A stretch of DNA of 60,843 bases, counting the filler, from Sphacelaria rigidula (Eukaryota): assembly GCA_964200075.2 (NCBI GenBank). It is 9 parts of 9 records of this genome, joined end to end, with 100 filler letters (N's around TTAATTAATTAA, not from the genome) between each part and the next. Parts side by side here need not be neighbours in the genome. Positions count along the whole stretch, not along the records: positions 6,773 to 13,444 come from CAXNAA020018715.1; positions 13,545 to 20,216 come from CAXNAA020018716.1; positions 20,317 to 26,988 come from CAXNAA020018717.1; 6 more parts are not named here. One strand, written 5' to 3'. This document shows, in pieces, positions 13,401-26,039 of this stretch; position 1 is the stretch's first letter; each line of letters starts with the position of its first letter. Both the position numbers and the translations under genes were made by a program. Under the pieces are notes generated by a model that saw only the letters and a list, made by a program, of their open reading frames with translations, did not search any database and was not told the DNA's origin.

Positions 13401-13929
13401 GTCAAAACTCCCCCCCCCCCCCCCCCGACCACTGGAAACCCCTGNNNNNNNNNNNNNNNNNNNNNNNNNNNNNNNNNNNNNNNNNNNNTTAATTAATTAA
13501 NNNNNNNNNNNNNNNNNNNNNNNNNNNNNNNNNNNNNNNNNNNNGCGCCGTGGTGTATTCGGCGAGGCGCATGAAGGGTGAGCTGCATCCTGCTAAGATT
13601 GCTTGGCCCGAGGCCTACTGATTATCTTGCATTCGAAATAATTGTTTTTGATGGAAGATAACGCCTGCATGTGAAAGGCCGTTGCCGACAGCTTTAGGTC
13701 GTCCCCGTACCCTGGAACAGCCGCGGTCGTCGCGCAAGCCGAACATCTGGCCATGCATTTATGAACATGTTGACACACAAAGCAGGAGGATGCATAGGCA
13801 AAAACAAACGTGGACCTTGCTCCTCTCCACTGTGGCAAAGGGCTAATGTGCGACTATTGGCTGTGACCGCATTTCAAAACACTCCCGCTCAGCAAGCGTC
13901 CATGTCTTGACAGAGTTCATATGTGGAAG

Positions 13930-14910
13930 CCACATTCGTATGTGCGTACAGTATCGAACGCCGATGTCACAATGCGCACAAATGGATCAAGAGACACGCG
14001 TGCCACGACAAAGATCACTCTGACAGCGGCATGAAAATGACGAACCCGAAGGCGTCAGTCTTCCCTGTAGCTGTCGGACCTTGAGACCCGAGACAACGGC
14101 ATGATATATCCATGAACAGCGCAACGTTACGATGCCGAGCTCGCTCGCTGGGTACAACTCTGACTGACCTGCTTCTTGCCTATGTAACACGAACAAGGCT
14201 AGCCATGCCTGGGCTACCTACCCCTACCATACTGCCCACACGAGCGTTCGTACTGTTTACATTGGTGACACCGCTTCGCATGATGGCGCCAGTGCTGCCG
14301 AGAGCGACGACAACAAGCAACTTCGTCGACAAATCTCCTAGTCCCACCAACTGACATGCCATCTACAAAGTTGTGAATTGAAGACCCCCACCTGCGGGTA
14401 CTATACCCGTGCCCGAGGACAAGGATCGTATAATTCAAAACTTTACAGTTGATGACATTGGGATAACCTGCCGACAATGTTATTTGTTGTCGTCGCTGCA
14501 GCGTGTAGAGAGGTGTCGCCAACGTAATCACCATGCACGGTGGTGTGAGTGCACTACGGTAGGATGATGGGAGCTGCATGATAGGAGCTGCCGAAGAAGT
14601 CTCCAGCCTCCACTGCTGATGGCCGCTGTAGCTGTCCCAATGATGAGGGTAGTCCAGGCGTGGCTTACCTTGCTTTGTGCCTTGTCGGCAAGAAGGAGAT
14701 CAGTCATACTTGTACCCAGCGTGCATGTCCGGCCTCGTAATGCCGTGCTGTACATGGATATATCATGTTTTCTTGGGTCTCAAGGTCTGACCGCTACGGG
14801 CAAAACGGGCACATGTTACCGTCGGAACGGTCTCTGCCGCGACACGGGTGTCTCTTGACCCATTTGTACATATTGTGAAATCGGGCTCCGATTTACACGT
14901 AAAAATGTGA
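13930..14910. mobile_element. Diverged inverted-repeat element (arms ~13930-14218 and ~14648-14910)
   Basis: For example tcaagagacacgcgtgcc vs gacacgggtgtctcttga, catgatatatccatg vs catggatatatcatg, and ctgggtacaa vs ttgtacccag. Confidence 0.7.
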
Positions 14911-15224
14911 ATCCCATGGCACCTGTCTCCATCTGCACGTCGAGTCCATACGTGCCACACGTATCCGGGTTGAGACGGTCATGCGATCAACGTACGATGC
15001 ATACTTTTCGGGGAAGTCCCTCCTGGTCTACAAGTGTGTGCGCCTACAAAGTATGCAAAAAATCTCACATCAGGAACCACGGGCGTCCAAAATGCTAAGA
15101 AGACTCACCTCCCACCACTTCACACATACATCCCCTCGAAAGCAAAGTCAGTCTTACACAAAAATTTCATAACGAACCCAAAAAGCCACGTACAAAAACA
15201 AATAAGAGCACACCCCAATTTCAC

Positions 15225-15566
15225 CTCCGGGGCCATAAACCCTTGCGTCCCCGCCACGCTAGTCCTCGTCGTCATTGCCTCCGACATTCCGCAAACATCG
15301 CCGCCACCTCCCGCGAACCCGGGAACAATAGCAGAGCCATCCCCGGGCCCCGAAACGCCACCCTGCTCAGCCATTCCATTTTCCCCACCGCCGCCTGCAC
15401 TGTGTTTCCCATTGCCGATACCGCTGGCCGTGCACGGCGAGGACGCCGGCCCCAGGCCAGGCCCCGCCTCCTGTGGACTGCCGCTTGCGGCGCCCAGGGT
15501 GTCTTTGCTGACGTCGAAGTCCGCCAGCAAGAAACGCCCGTCCGCGTGCACCAGGACATTGCCCGG
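15225..15566 (-). CDS. Protein kinase exon (subdomains VIb-VIII: PGNVLV...ADFDVSK...GTQGFMAPE)
   Basis: Acceptor ccgcag|CCG at 15566 and donor GAG|gtgaaa at 15225; 342 bp, phase 0; kinase motifs present. Confidence 0.85.
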
Positions 15567-18130
15567 CTGCGGCCATTACGTCGAGCGCGTGTGCGCACGG
15601 GTTGACAAAAGGGAAGGTGGCATGGCATACGCACGGCAGAAGGGATTCTTCAGATGTTTACTTCACGGCGTTTCTGGACATGGTCACACGAGGACACGGA
15701 CCATCTTCTTACGATCGCGGTAGATTGACTTTCGTTGCGAAGGCGTACAACGTTTGTTTCTGACGAAATCGGGCAAAACTGAATAGAGCAAGCAGCCAGG
15801 AAGCTACCGTCCTCGTGCCGAAGGAACCGAAAAATCGACGTAGACTGCTAAAATCAGCGTAGACTGCTCTAGGACGTCGTCTCGAACGGCAACCTTGCGC
15901 CGGTATCTTTCATTGTTATGTTCTTCCCTGTCATGTGTGCGGAGCGTGGTGACAACTTCACCAGGGGGGGGTCGTTATACCAGCGTGGCGAGGAGGAGGG
16001 GAGGAAGACAAATACTGACGGTACGGCTACGGTGGTCATACACTGCTACAACAGCAATATGTATCGGTAACAGTTTCTATTTTCTGTGCGCTTTTTCGGT
16101 ACTGTTGTCTAGAGGGTGATTTAAACTTCACCAATCACTACAACACTCGTATGTACCATTCATAACAAGGTTCCCGCGCAGGCTCCATCATCATGACTTC
16201 ACCAGCCCCCTACTTCAAAAAACTGGCTCAAACCCCTGCTCCGTTTCACCGCTCTCGTACCTACCCCTCACCCTGTGAGGAACGACCCACCCCGATTCTC
16301 GCAGACAACATCCCACAGCCGAGATCTGGCCCATTTTTCATCTATCTCCCACGCATGAAGTGCCTGTTCACTCTGCTTGATTGATTACAGTACATGGTAT
16401 CGATGCAGGTGCAAACGTAGCTGGAACACGGAAAAAAATGAACGCAAGTCTCGAGGGGAAAGTACAGTGTCATACGCTGTGAGGGACCAAAAGTCGACGT
16501 CCGGATGGTGACTGACCACGACAAGAAACAACGTGCTTGGCGGGGATGATCTTACACTATTGGTCGACTACCCTTGCTCGGTGTACGTGTCGTGTTGTGT
16601 CTAGGCGAGGGTTGAGGAAAACGTCGAAGATACGAGCCCAGAGGCAAACCAGTTGCCTGAACATGGAAACCTCCGAAAGCAACGTAAAGGCAACGCCATC
16701 ACCCAGGGGTCAACAATCTTCGCTTCAATGGGCGAACTGACCACGAAACACCTCCACTTGACAAAGTAGAGTTCATTCAAGTGGGGATGATTCATCATAC
16801 TTCTATAGGTACTGCACGCGAGCGAGCGAAAGCGGCGACGGCAGGGAGTAACCCTTCATGTACCCCGTATACTGTCGCACTTTCCACCGAACCTGTATGC
16901 GTAAAAGTAGAGAACGAAACAGATGCGAAGCTAACTGTACACAGTAGAATACAGCGTGTTCACAAAGAGGACGTGCGTGAACGTTGCGACTAGGCTCAAA
17001 GCATCAATTCATGACGTGGGTGATCGCGTTCTTCACCTGAACCAGCTTGCGTACACCGTGCGTACGAAACAAAACAAGCAGAAAAGTTCAATGTACGCAG
17101 TGAATGATAGCACTTCTTCACCGAAAACGGTTCGTGTACAAGTGGTATGCAAAGCAAACTTTTCGAAAAAGACTCGGCAAAACGTTTGTGTACGTGTATA
17201 TGTGTCTGTGTGTTTGGTGTCTGTGCTTCGACAACGTCACGTCCGAAATAACCCGCATAGGGGGGCCCGCCCGCACAGATACCGCTGCCCGCCCAAAGAT
17301 GGATCCAGCACACGATCCCGACGTCTCCGGCATAAGGACATTGTTTTCGTGACATGAAAAACCACCGAACATTTCGAATTTACGTGCAGCACAGCTGCTG
17401 TTACGGGTACTGGTTATTTTTTGGGTGATTGTCGTGACAAAAATCGTGAAGCCAGTTGGTTGAGGAACGGGGGGGGGGTGCTCACGGTAACGCCTGCCGA
17501 AGTCAGAGCACCATCAGCCTTGCTTTTCTACACGGCTAGGATGGGATGAAGGGGTGGCGGGGGATAAACAACGAGAAAGTAATAAGTGGCGGCTTCCCGT
17601 GTTCCTTGGGGTCACTTCTTGCAAAAGGAGAGAGCAGGACGGAATCACTGGCAGTATGTTTGAGTTTTTCCAAAAAACTCATCATTCTTGACTTTCAGCT
17701 GCGCTGATGGGAAGCTACTTCGAACCAAGCTCTATCCAATTAGCTGCTGCCTGACGATGGGTACGTTACGCTACATGTAGATACAAAGAGGAGTTACAGC
17801 GAGTATAAATTTGTATGCAAGACAAGAAACAAAAATCAAAATGCAGATGTACTTGTATTCATGCAGAAATAAGGTTCATTACGTCGCTACCATGATGGTA
17901 GTGTGCCACGGCAACGCTTCTTGTCTGAAATCATCCGAAAACATCCATCGAAATCCTTTGGCAAACGGTCCATGTGCTTCGGGGGGGGGGGGGGGTGAGC
18001 TTGATCAAAGATATACTTAGAAAAGTATGAATCGAGAAATGTTGCAAAAAAGATCACGGCTTGGCTGAACGATTCAATAACGACGAGTGTAAGCGGCGCG
18101 GAGGAGTAAGCGAGGACTTCTGCGACTAAC

Positions 18131-18187
18131 CTTGATGTCCTTGTGAATCACTCCCCGATCGTGCAGATGCATCACCGCGCACATCAC
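18131..18187 (-). CDS. Protein kinase exon (VIa-VIb: VMCAVMHLHDRGVIHKDIK)
   Basis: Pyrimidine tract + aag|GTG and AAG|gttagt; 57 bp. Splices in phase 0 to the 15566 exon to give HKDIKPGN. Too short to appear in the ORF track. Confidence 0.85.
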
Positions 18188-20178
18188 CTTCACGAGTCAC
18201 GACAGGGGAGGGACGGACGGACGGACACGATCTGCTTGTTACCATGCATGATGTCAACCCAGGGATACGGAGCCTGATGTAACTTTAAACGAGCAGTGAG
18301 GTTACAAACTCCGGTACATGTATGTCTAGAGACGACCGAGTCTTCGAGCTTTGGATAATGACCACGACATGCAGAATTGCTTCAACGGGGACCCGAGGAC
18401 GCACGGGAAGCGAGCAGAGATGAACAGCCGTGCCAGCGCGTGAAGTTGTAGACGACACTACGATCGCTAACAATAGACGCGGTCCTCACTTTTATCATCC
18501 CGCTCCCCCGTTCCCTTGCCACACGAGCATCTGGGGTGTGGTTCGAGAACGTCGAGGCTCGTTTTGTGAACAACCCCTCATCCCCTACAACGGCGATTTC
18601 TTGCACTGCCATTTCCGTCAAATGGAACTGTCAACGTCTCGAGACAAACCGGGCACCGCGAATCGTCGTGGCCACCGCACCAAAACATCACAGCAAAAAA
18701 TATATATTGTGAGCATGAGAAACGCAATAAGCGGCAAAACGTGGCGACTGTAGGAAACGTCTTCAGCACTATGTCCAACTTCAGATGGCTGCAACTCCGC
18801 AAGCGCGCAGACGAAGCCGCTAACTGCTCTCGTGGCTCCGTTGGACAGAGCGATTGTGTCGTAAGCTGCTAGCACATGATACAACTTCATGCGGGAGCTT
18901 CCTCTCTATTTTCCCCCAATATCGATACTCTTGCGGTCTCCTTCTCTCACGCCCTCGCAACAGGGGGTCTGTTTGTCGACGGTTTTTCTTAGCACCAGTG
19001 CTGCAGGAGACATGCGATAGCCTGACGCCCCAGTTTCCCTCCGCGTTTCTCTTTCCCTGGATTTCCCCACCTTTTGTCCACTTTTCTTCAGCGAACATTT
19101 GGATTTTTCCACCTTGAGTTCATCCATCTTGTGGGTAATGACCACGGCTGGATCATGACTCGTACCGAATGAGTAAATCTGGGACAATCAGCCAAGCCGG
19201 CCAGTGCCGCCGCGCCTTAGGTTGCCAAACCGGTACATTGGCAAAAGCTTCGACACTGCATCTCCGTGGATCTTGTGGATTCTCATTCATCTGACGGGAA
19301 GATTCATTAATCTCCCATCTCGTCGTCCGAATACGGCATGACCAAAATTCGATTAAAATGTCCGGGTGGCAGATAACAAGCTACGGGAGTGCCTCCTGAA
19401 CACATCCTGGACAATATACGGCATCTACTGCAAAAGCATCAGAATCTGTCGCAGTAGATGCCAACGTTGCGTTCCGTTATGGTTGTCGACCGACAAGTTT
19501 CTCTTCCCATTATCATTACCAATGTCCATCGATAAATCCCGTTCCCACACTATTGCCCGGGCAGTAGTCCACTGTGGCCCCACACCGAAATTATTGCCAC
19601 CGACCGAATACATCGATAAATAGCTTTCCAAATCTATTAACGGCAACAATGGCTGCAACGGATAGAGTGTGTGCCAAGTCTATTGATGACGGCGATAGCT
19701 ATGATAGGTTGTGTACCAAATCTATCGATGACGGCCACCGCTATTGAAATGTACAATATCTAATGATGGCAATGAATATCTATAGATACATACCAGAATC
19801 TACTGTGGTGTGAAACGCCTACGGATAGATATCCTCTGCCGTCTGTTGCCACACCTATATTATAACATACTATATATAGAGCATATTATACGCTGTTGGT
19901 AACGAGCATGCAGAGGGTATATTATATTACAAGTGAAAGTATTGCGTCACGATTCCGCGAATTTGGGACGGTTGGGTGTTGTAGAGATCCGCAGTATGTG
20001 CGGACAAAAGTTGACGAGCTTTGTTGTTGGTATGGTGTTGGTACTCAGGGTTGTCCCTCTGATGAGTGCTCATGGTACCTTCGTGCGTGAGTGAGATGCG
20101 CTTACACCCTGGACAGTAGACGATGTAATAGAACACTGCCGCTGCAATAGCCCCGAAATCTGACTGTTAATGTTCATT

Positions 20179-20216
20179 GAGTCATCCTACGATAGGGGGG
20201 GGGGGGTACTCATTTG
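20179..20216 (-). mobile_element. LINE 3' end (caaatgagtac-polyC) abutting target ctatcgtaggatgactc
   Basis: The reverse complement reads caaatgagtac(C)n tatcgtaggatgactc. Confidence 0.7.
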
Positions 20217-20618
20217 NNNNNNNNNNNNNNNNNNNNNNNNNNNNNNNNNNNNNNNNNNNNTTAATTAATTAANNNNNNNNNNNNNNNNNNNNNNNNNNNN
20301 NNNNNNNNNNNNNNNNGCTTTATTTTCTGGTATCGCCACTTCCAGAGACAGCCACGGCTTATACACTGCCTCATGGGTGTCTCACCACGGTGGGGGGGGG
20401 GGATTTCGGGTCACTTCTTGCACAAAATTCCAAGTCAAGTTGTCGTTGAAAGCAGAAACGGTTGTTCGAACGTACTTGTTATAGATCTATAACGCTCATT
20501 CACACTGCTTGACACCGCTTTTGACCGAATACAAGAGCACCGCGAGTGTTATAGGTCGTCTGGCACACCTGTGAGTCTCTTTTTTCGTGCAATCGAATAC
20601 CCCCCCCTATCGCAGGAT

Positions 20619-21346
20619 TACGGAAGGGAAGACTGGAATAAGGTGGGACAAAGAAGTCAAGAAAATATGGGAAAAGACAGGAGAAAACCAAGACAAAATA
20701 CTGTCCATAGATGAAGAATCGGGGTACAAGACAAAAGTAAGAAATATGATAGAAGCAAGTGGAAAAGGAGCGCTCAGGCGCAAAGTAGACGAGGGAGAAC
20801 ACCTGGAGATATACGGGTGGTTGAAAGAGGAGATAGGGATGAAAGCATATTTGCATGGCTCAATGGACGCTGCGAAAAATATGAAACTGCGATTTCGGGT
20901 GGGGGACGTAGACCTGCCAGAAGAAAGGAAGAGATATACCAGTCGTCGTGTGGAGGAGGAAGCAGATGCACAGAACTGCCCATGTGGCAAGGCAATAGAG
21001 AGCAGGAGTCATATAGTGGCAGAATGTGAGCTGTGTGAGGAGGAACGGGACGTGCTAGAGGGGGAAATGCGGGACGTGAACGGAGGTGGCATGGAATCGT
21101 TTGGTGCATTAGACAGTAGCGAGAAAACGTTGACTATACTAGGAGATGGATGGTGGCCAGAGACGGCGAAATAGGACGGGGATAAGATATATGAAAGGTT
21201 TTGTGTAATGTATGGAAGAAATATGATGAGCCCCTGAATGTTGGAGATGACTCTATTAAGAGTAGGAACGGTGCTCCGTCTCGAAAGGGATGCGTGGCCA
21301 ATGGTCAAACGACTAAGGCAAGCAACAAATGAGTACGCCCCCCCCT
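20619..21346 (+). mobile_element. 5'-truncated non-LTR retrotransposon (C-terminus of RT ORF with Cys/His motif, 3'UTR, poly-C tail), 13-bp TSD
   Basis: ORF 20587-21174 contains KLRFRVG...CPCGKAIESRSHIVAEC, a C-terminal Zn motif typical of LINE ORF2. TSD cctatcgcaggat at 20606-20618 and 21347-21359. Confidence 0.85.
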
Positions 21347-22237
21347 CCTATCGCAGGATGACTCTTCGGCTGTAACTTTCGAAGGACGATGAACCATGGA
21401 ATGGAACTTCCGCCGCCTTTCTTCTCGCCTCAGGAGTTACACGGTAACAAAGTACGGGAACATTTGGAATACTTCTGTCAAAAGATTTTTTCAGAAAAGC
21501 GATACAAGAACCTGATACAGAAAAGTGCAACACGGAGACGAGAGTTTTACATAACCAACTCGGTGGATCCCTTAAGTTATTGGTGCACGTGACTACTCCA
21601 CCCCTGCTGGGCCGCGGTCTCACTAACAACCAAGGGCGTGTGATCATTGGTATGGAGAATGACACATAATCAAAATCAACCACACACTCAAACAAAAAGC
21701 GTGCTGTCCGTATGATTCATAGGCCACACCAGACACGGTACCACAGCAGTATAGCACAATACTACAGTGCTACACGAGTGGTGGAACGTAGCGCAGCACG
21801 ACACCGCCCCGCACCATCCATCACATTCTGGTTCTAGATTTATATGCCTCTGGATGGGTATCTGTCACCGACAGACGTTGCTCCCAGAACGATATCAGGG
21901 CAGCAGTGACGTATCCTTGGGGGTAGTGGTAATGCAAGAGCGTACGGTATTGTAGAATCTAATTGCAGATGTGCCGCTGGTCGGTTTTTGTACGGTAGTT
22001 GCTGGTGACTTGTGCCCCCAACCACGCTGCTACCAGCCGTGTCTGGAGGTGAGCCAGAATTTGTAGATTCTACCATTGCCGTGTTGTGTCGCTCAGGCGT
22101 CATGTGCCCAGCGCCCGCGCGTCGCTCCCTTCGCCTTATATGCTGCCTGTTGGTGTTCTCGATGTTCGTGTATATGTGCGCCCGTCAGGGGTGGGTGCTG
22201 GAACCTCAACCAGAGGGGGTCGAGTTTCTTGTTTGTT

Positions 22238-22344
22238 TTAACCCCTAGACCGCGAGGGCAGTCCATCTCGAACATGCATACTTTTCTCAAGTGAAAATTG
22301 ATGCCGATTCAGCAGGTGACCAACCCTCGCGGCCGGAGGGTTGA
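22238..22344. mobile_element. piggyBac-like mini-MITE
   Basis: TTAA-cccctagaccgcgaggg ... ccctcgcggccggaggg-TTGA inverted ends. Confidence 0.55.
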
Positions 22345-22469
22345 AGACGAATTTCGAGAAAAATAAAGCATATGGATTATATTTGAAAAGTCAACACGAT
22401 TTTACCTTGAGAGACCTGAGCTGCTGGTATCATGTTGTTCGAAGCATGTTAGTACCAACCGATTGTTGC

Positions 22470-23880
22470 GACCAGTGGGTACCTCGGCACGTTTTCTCGA
22501 GAAAACACGTGAAAGTTTGGTCGCTAGGCACGCTTGGTTGCTCGCCCTGTGCCCATATGATCGGTTGGAGCGTCCGCCGCAAAAGCTAAGTTAACCCTGG
22601 GACCGTGAACCCCCCGCAGGTGGACTCGGATGGATCATGCCACGGCTGGGGTTCAGAACAGCTGTTTCTTTAAGACGAAAAAACGCCTTTATTCATGAAC
22701 ATGTGGATATTGGGCATAGATATAGGAGACAGTCCCGGAGAACCCCTGACCGGTTTCGAGCCACACGTCGAGTGTGCATGTAGAGTCAGTATGTATGCCT
22801 TCGCTGAGCAGTTTTCAGTTTCCGCGGGGTACATACTCTCATGGTTTTGCAAGTGGTACACACCGGCAGCCGCCACTGCTGCGATATACGCAAACAAGAC
22901 AAATCCTCTCCTCCCATCTATGCTCTCATAGCCGTCCTTTCGAAGCAGAGCTCGCACACCTGGAGCGTGTTTTGATCCTGCACGCATGCCACATCGTCTC
23001 AACTGTACCCCCTCTTTGGCTGTACGTACGAAGTCTGGAAGATGCCCCGGGCATACAGAAAACCGTACCCTACAGAACACACCATTCCAACTTTTGTTAC
23101 CAGTGGGTAACTCGGCACGTTTTCTCGGGGAAACACGTGGAAGCTTGGTCGCTAGGCACGCTTGGTTATTCGTCCTGTGCCCATGTAATCGGTTTGAGCA
23201 TCCGCTGCAAAAGCTAAGTTAACCCCAACCTTGGGACCGTGGACCACCCCCCCCCCCGGGTAGACTCGGATGGACTATGCCACGGCTGGGGTTCAGAAGA
23301 GCTGTTTCTTGAACAAAAAGAAAGCACCTTTATTCATCAGCCTGCAGATGTTGGGCATAGATATAGAAGTTAGTCCCGGAGAAACGCCGACCAGTTTTGA
23401 GCCACACGTCAAGTGTGCATGCAAAGTCAGTATGTATGTCTTCGCCGAGAAATTTACATTTTTCGTACTGGACAATTTCTACGATAGCCCCCCCCCCCCC
23501 AAATCCAGCCCAAAAGTGTCGCGAAAAAAATAGACATACACCGCCTGATGTTTGGATTCAGGCTACATGAAGCGCCTCATATGGGCGACATTGGCGAGAA
23601 CGAACCCAAGCGTGGGAATGCCCAGCTGCTCATTGTGCTCGGCGTTTTCCATTTCGATTTACGTGAACATCTTGCCTCCCCAAATCAGGCCCGTTTGGGG
23701 GGGGGGCTATCGTAGAAAGTGTCACTGTGGGGTACATGCTTGTATGTTTTGCATGTGACACACGCTGGCAGCCGCCACTGCTGCGATATTTAGAAAAAAG
23801 ACACATCCTCTCGTCCCATCTATGCTCTCACAGCAGTCCTTTCGGGGCAGAGCTCGCATGCCACATAATCTCAACTGTAC
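22470..23880. repeat. Local tandem duplication (~22470-23030 and ~23100-23880), second copy interrupted by a MITE
   Basis: Collinear blocks cagtgggta.ctcggcacgttttctcg, gcaaaagctaagttaaccc, gagccacacgtc and gcagccgccactgctgcgata. Confidence 0.85.
23471..23723. mobile_element. MITE with TIR gacac/att tctacgatag(C)n; putative 4-bp TSD actg
   Basis: gacaatttctacgatagccccc...gggggctatcgtagaaagtgtc. It is absent from the paralogous site at ~22820. Confidence 0.85.
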
Positions 23881-24829
23881 GTTGGCTTTTGATGTTTATG
23901 CGCGCATATAATTCAAATAATTTATGGGTTCTCGTTTTTCGGTTTTCCACACTGAAACCAAGTAAGTATAACGCCTCGGCGGGCTTTCCGCTTCACAATG
24001 ACTATTTTTGAACGAGACGCATAATTGTTTTGGGAAAAACGCATAAAAGCACAAGCCTAACTGTACCCCCTCTTTTATTGTCTATACTACGTCTGTCCTG
24101 CTGCTACTCTACCGTACATACATGCGAGCTTTATTCATCGGCGACTGGATACAACGGTATGGAACAGCCAGCTTGCCATCGCTTTCTGCCGGACACAGTC
24201 TACTGCCGGGGCAGGGCTAACACACCTTAAGCGTGCTTTGCTCTTGTACGCATGATGCATCGTCTCAACTGCACTTCCTTTACTACTGCCACTATCCCGC
24301 TCCTCCAGCTACAGGTGCTACCTCTGCTACTCTACCGTCTACGCGAACGTTTTGATCATCAATGGCTGAACACAACGGTAAGAAACAGCGAGTGTGTTAT
24401 CGCTCTCCACTGAAATCTGTCTGCTGACCCTGCCGATATCACTGCTTGATTTTTCGACAACAACGCTACAGACAGTGTGAAGCTATGTCGGCAACGCAAA
24501 AAGGGTCAGGCAGGCGGCAAAGACAACGAGCAGACAGAGTAAGAGTCACGCCATGTGTCTATGCTTTATGTGGTTGAATGGTCGTGACCAAAATGGTCAA
24601 TTGCAGCTTCGCTACGAGGTAGTCCATCTGTAGTCCATCTGTAGGGGAACAAAGTAACTATTCTGACCAATCACAACCATCAAAACGTTCACTCCCCTCC
24701 TCCTCTCGGACCTCGTTCCCGATTTCGACATTTCCGCGGGAAACCTCCAAACACACCCATCGTGCGCATTTCCAGTTTGTTCGGACTAATGGTGTCGGAG
24801 CTGATGACGGAGATCATGTGCTTGCTTCC

Positions 24830-25330
24830 GAAAGGGATAAGTTAATAGTCATCAAGGGCCAACGCCGGTGGCTAGGTATACAAGCAAACCTTCGAGTTCG
24901 TGCTCCTCGGGGGGACTATTTGCGAGGACGGGAGGATGGATAAGGATACGGCAAATCGTCCGTCCCGACCATGGACATGCTACAGGCGGAATGGCCAAGA
25001 GGTGCACGGCCGTGGGGAGGTCCCCCTCCGGCTCATATCACGACTGCTCCAAGCCGACGTGATTAAGGCCATTCTGTAAGGATGCACGACATGGACCCTG
25101 AAGTCGAAGCACTACAACCTCAACGAGGTCTACCGTTATTACTTCACGCGCTGCTTCCGGTGAACAAGAGGACATACGGGCCACCCTGTGTCCTGCGCCG
25201 AGGCTATCCTCAAGACCGACTGCACCAAGATCATCGAGACCACAATGCATAAGCGGAGACGACTCTTCTCGTGATTGTTCATGCGCATGGAAGACGACTG
25301 ACTCCCATAGGTCGCGTAATGCTGAGAGCG
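24830..25330 (+). pseudogene. Degenerate RTE-like LINE RT C-terminal fragment
   Basis: Frameshifted motifs ending in GCTTWTLKSKHYN...HPVSCAEAILKTDCTKIIETTMHKRRRLF, resembling RTE ORF C-termini. Confidence 0.55.
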
Positions 25331-25334
25331 TTGA

Positions 25335-25397
25335 AGGGGGGGGGGGGGAAGGGGGGCGTACTCATTTTTTGCTTGCCTTAGTCGTTTGACCATTGAC
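25335..25397 (-). mobile_element. Short 3' end of poly-C-tailed LINE
   Basis: The reverse complement is gtcaatggtcaaacgactaaggcaagcaaaaaatgagtacg + C-rich tail. Confidence 0.8.
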
Positions 25398-25399
25398 CC

Positions 25400-25850
25400 C
25401 GGGGGCGGGGGGTAGTACAGACGAGGGTAAGAGCGCGACCGGATGTGTTACCTTGAAGGGGACCTTGAGCTTTTTGATACGGAAGAAGAGAAGGAGGAGG
25501 GGAGGTGGGAAACGAGCGCCGAGGAAGTTCACGAATGGTACGGCAAGGTGAAGAAATCAATGGAATGGTTCATGGCGAAATGGCACCGACAAGAAGAGGA
25601 AGTATCGGCGAAGCGCCGTTTGGAGGGAGCGGAATGAAGCAAACATACAAGGGGAATTGAGCTTGCGGACGGACCCAAAAGAAAGTGAAAGGGCACAGGG
25701 GAAGAGGAGGAAAGAGAAAATGGAATCAGAAAGCTGAGGGGGACTCCCCTGGACTACTGCCAGAGAAAAGACAAAGATGAAGGAGGCAGACTGCGTGGCG
25801 ATATCCGCGACCGATTGACCGTACCACCCCCCCTCTCGCCCGCGCTTGCG
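25400..25850 (+). mobile_element. LINE ORF extreme C-terminus / 3'UTR fragment
   Basis: ORF 25443-25637 (WETSAEEVHEWYGKVKKSMEWFMAKW), purine-rich, downstream of an RT relic. Confidence 0.45.
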
Positions 25851-25982
25851 GTGCGATGATTATTTTCTTGCAACAGCTCCTTTTCTTTGCACACGTTCCG
25901 TAATTTCCACTTTTTGGTTTTCTCTTGTCTCGTACTCTTGTTTTCTCCTTGGTTTGTACTTGCTGCGTTTTGGTTTGGTTTA

Positions 25983-26039
25983 CTGCGCTGCGCTGCGCTG
26001 TGCTGTGCTGTGCTGTGCTGTGCTGTGCTGTGCTGTGCT
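25983..26039. repeat. (CTGYG)n pentanucleotide microsatellite
   Basis: Read directly from the sequence. Confidence 0.95.

Noticed and set aside
15034..15723. 229-aa plus-strand ORF
   Set aside because: It is the antisense shadow of the GC-rich kinase exon.
596..18187. FNIP receptor plus non-RD kinase as a linked immune module
   Set aside because: They lie on different contigs that are joined only by size sorting.
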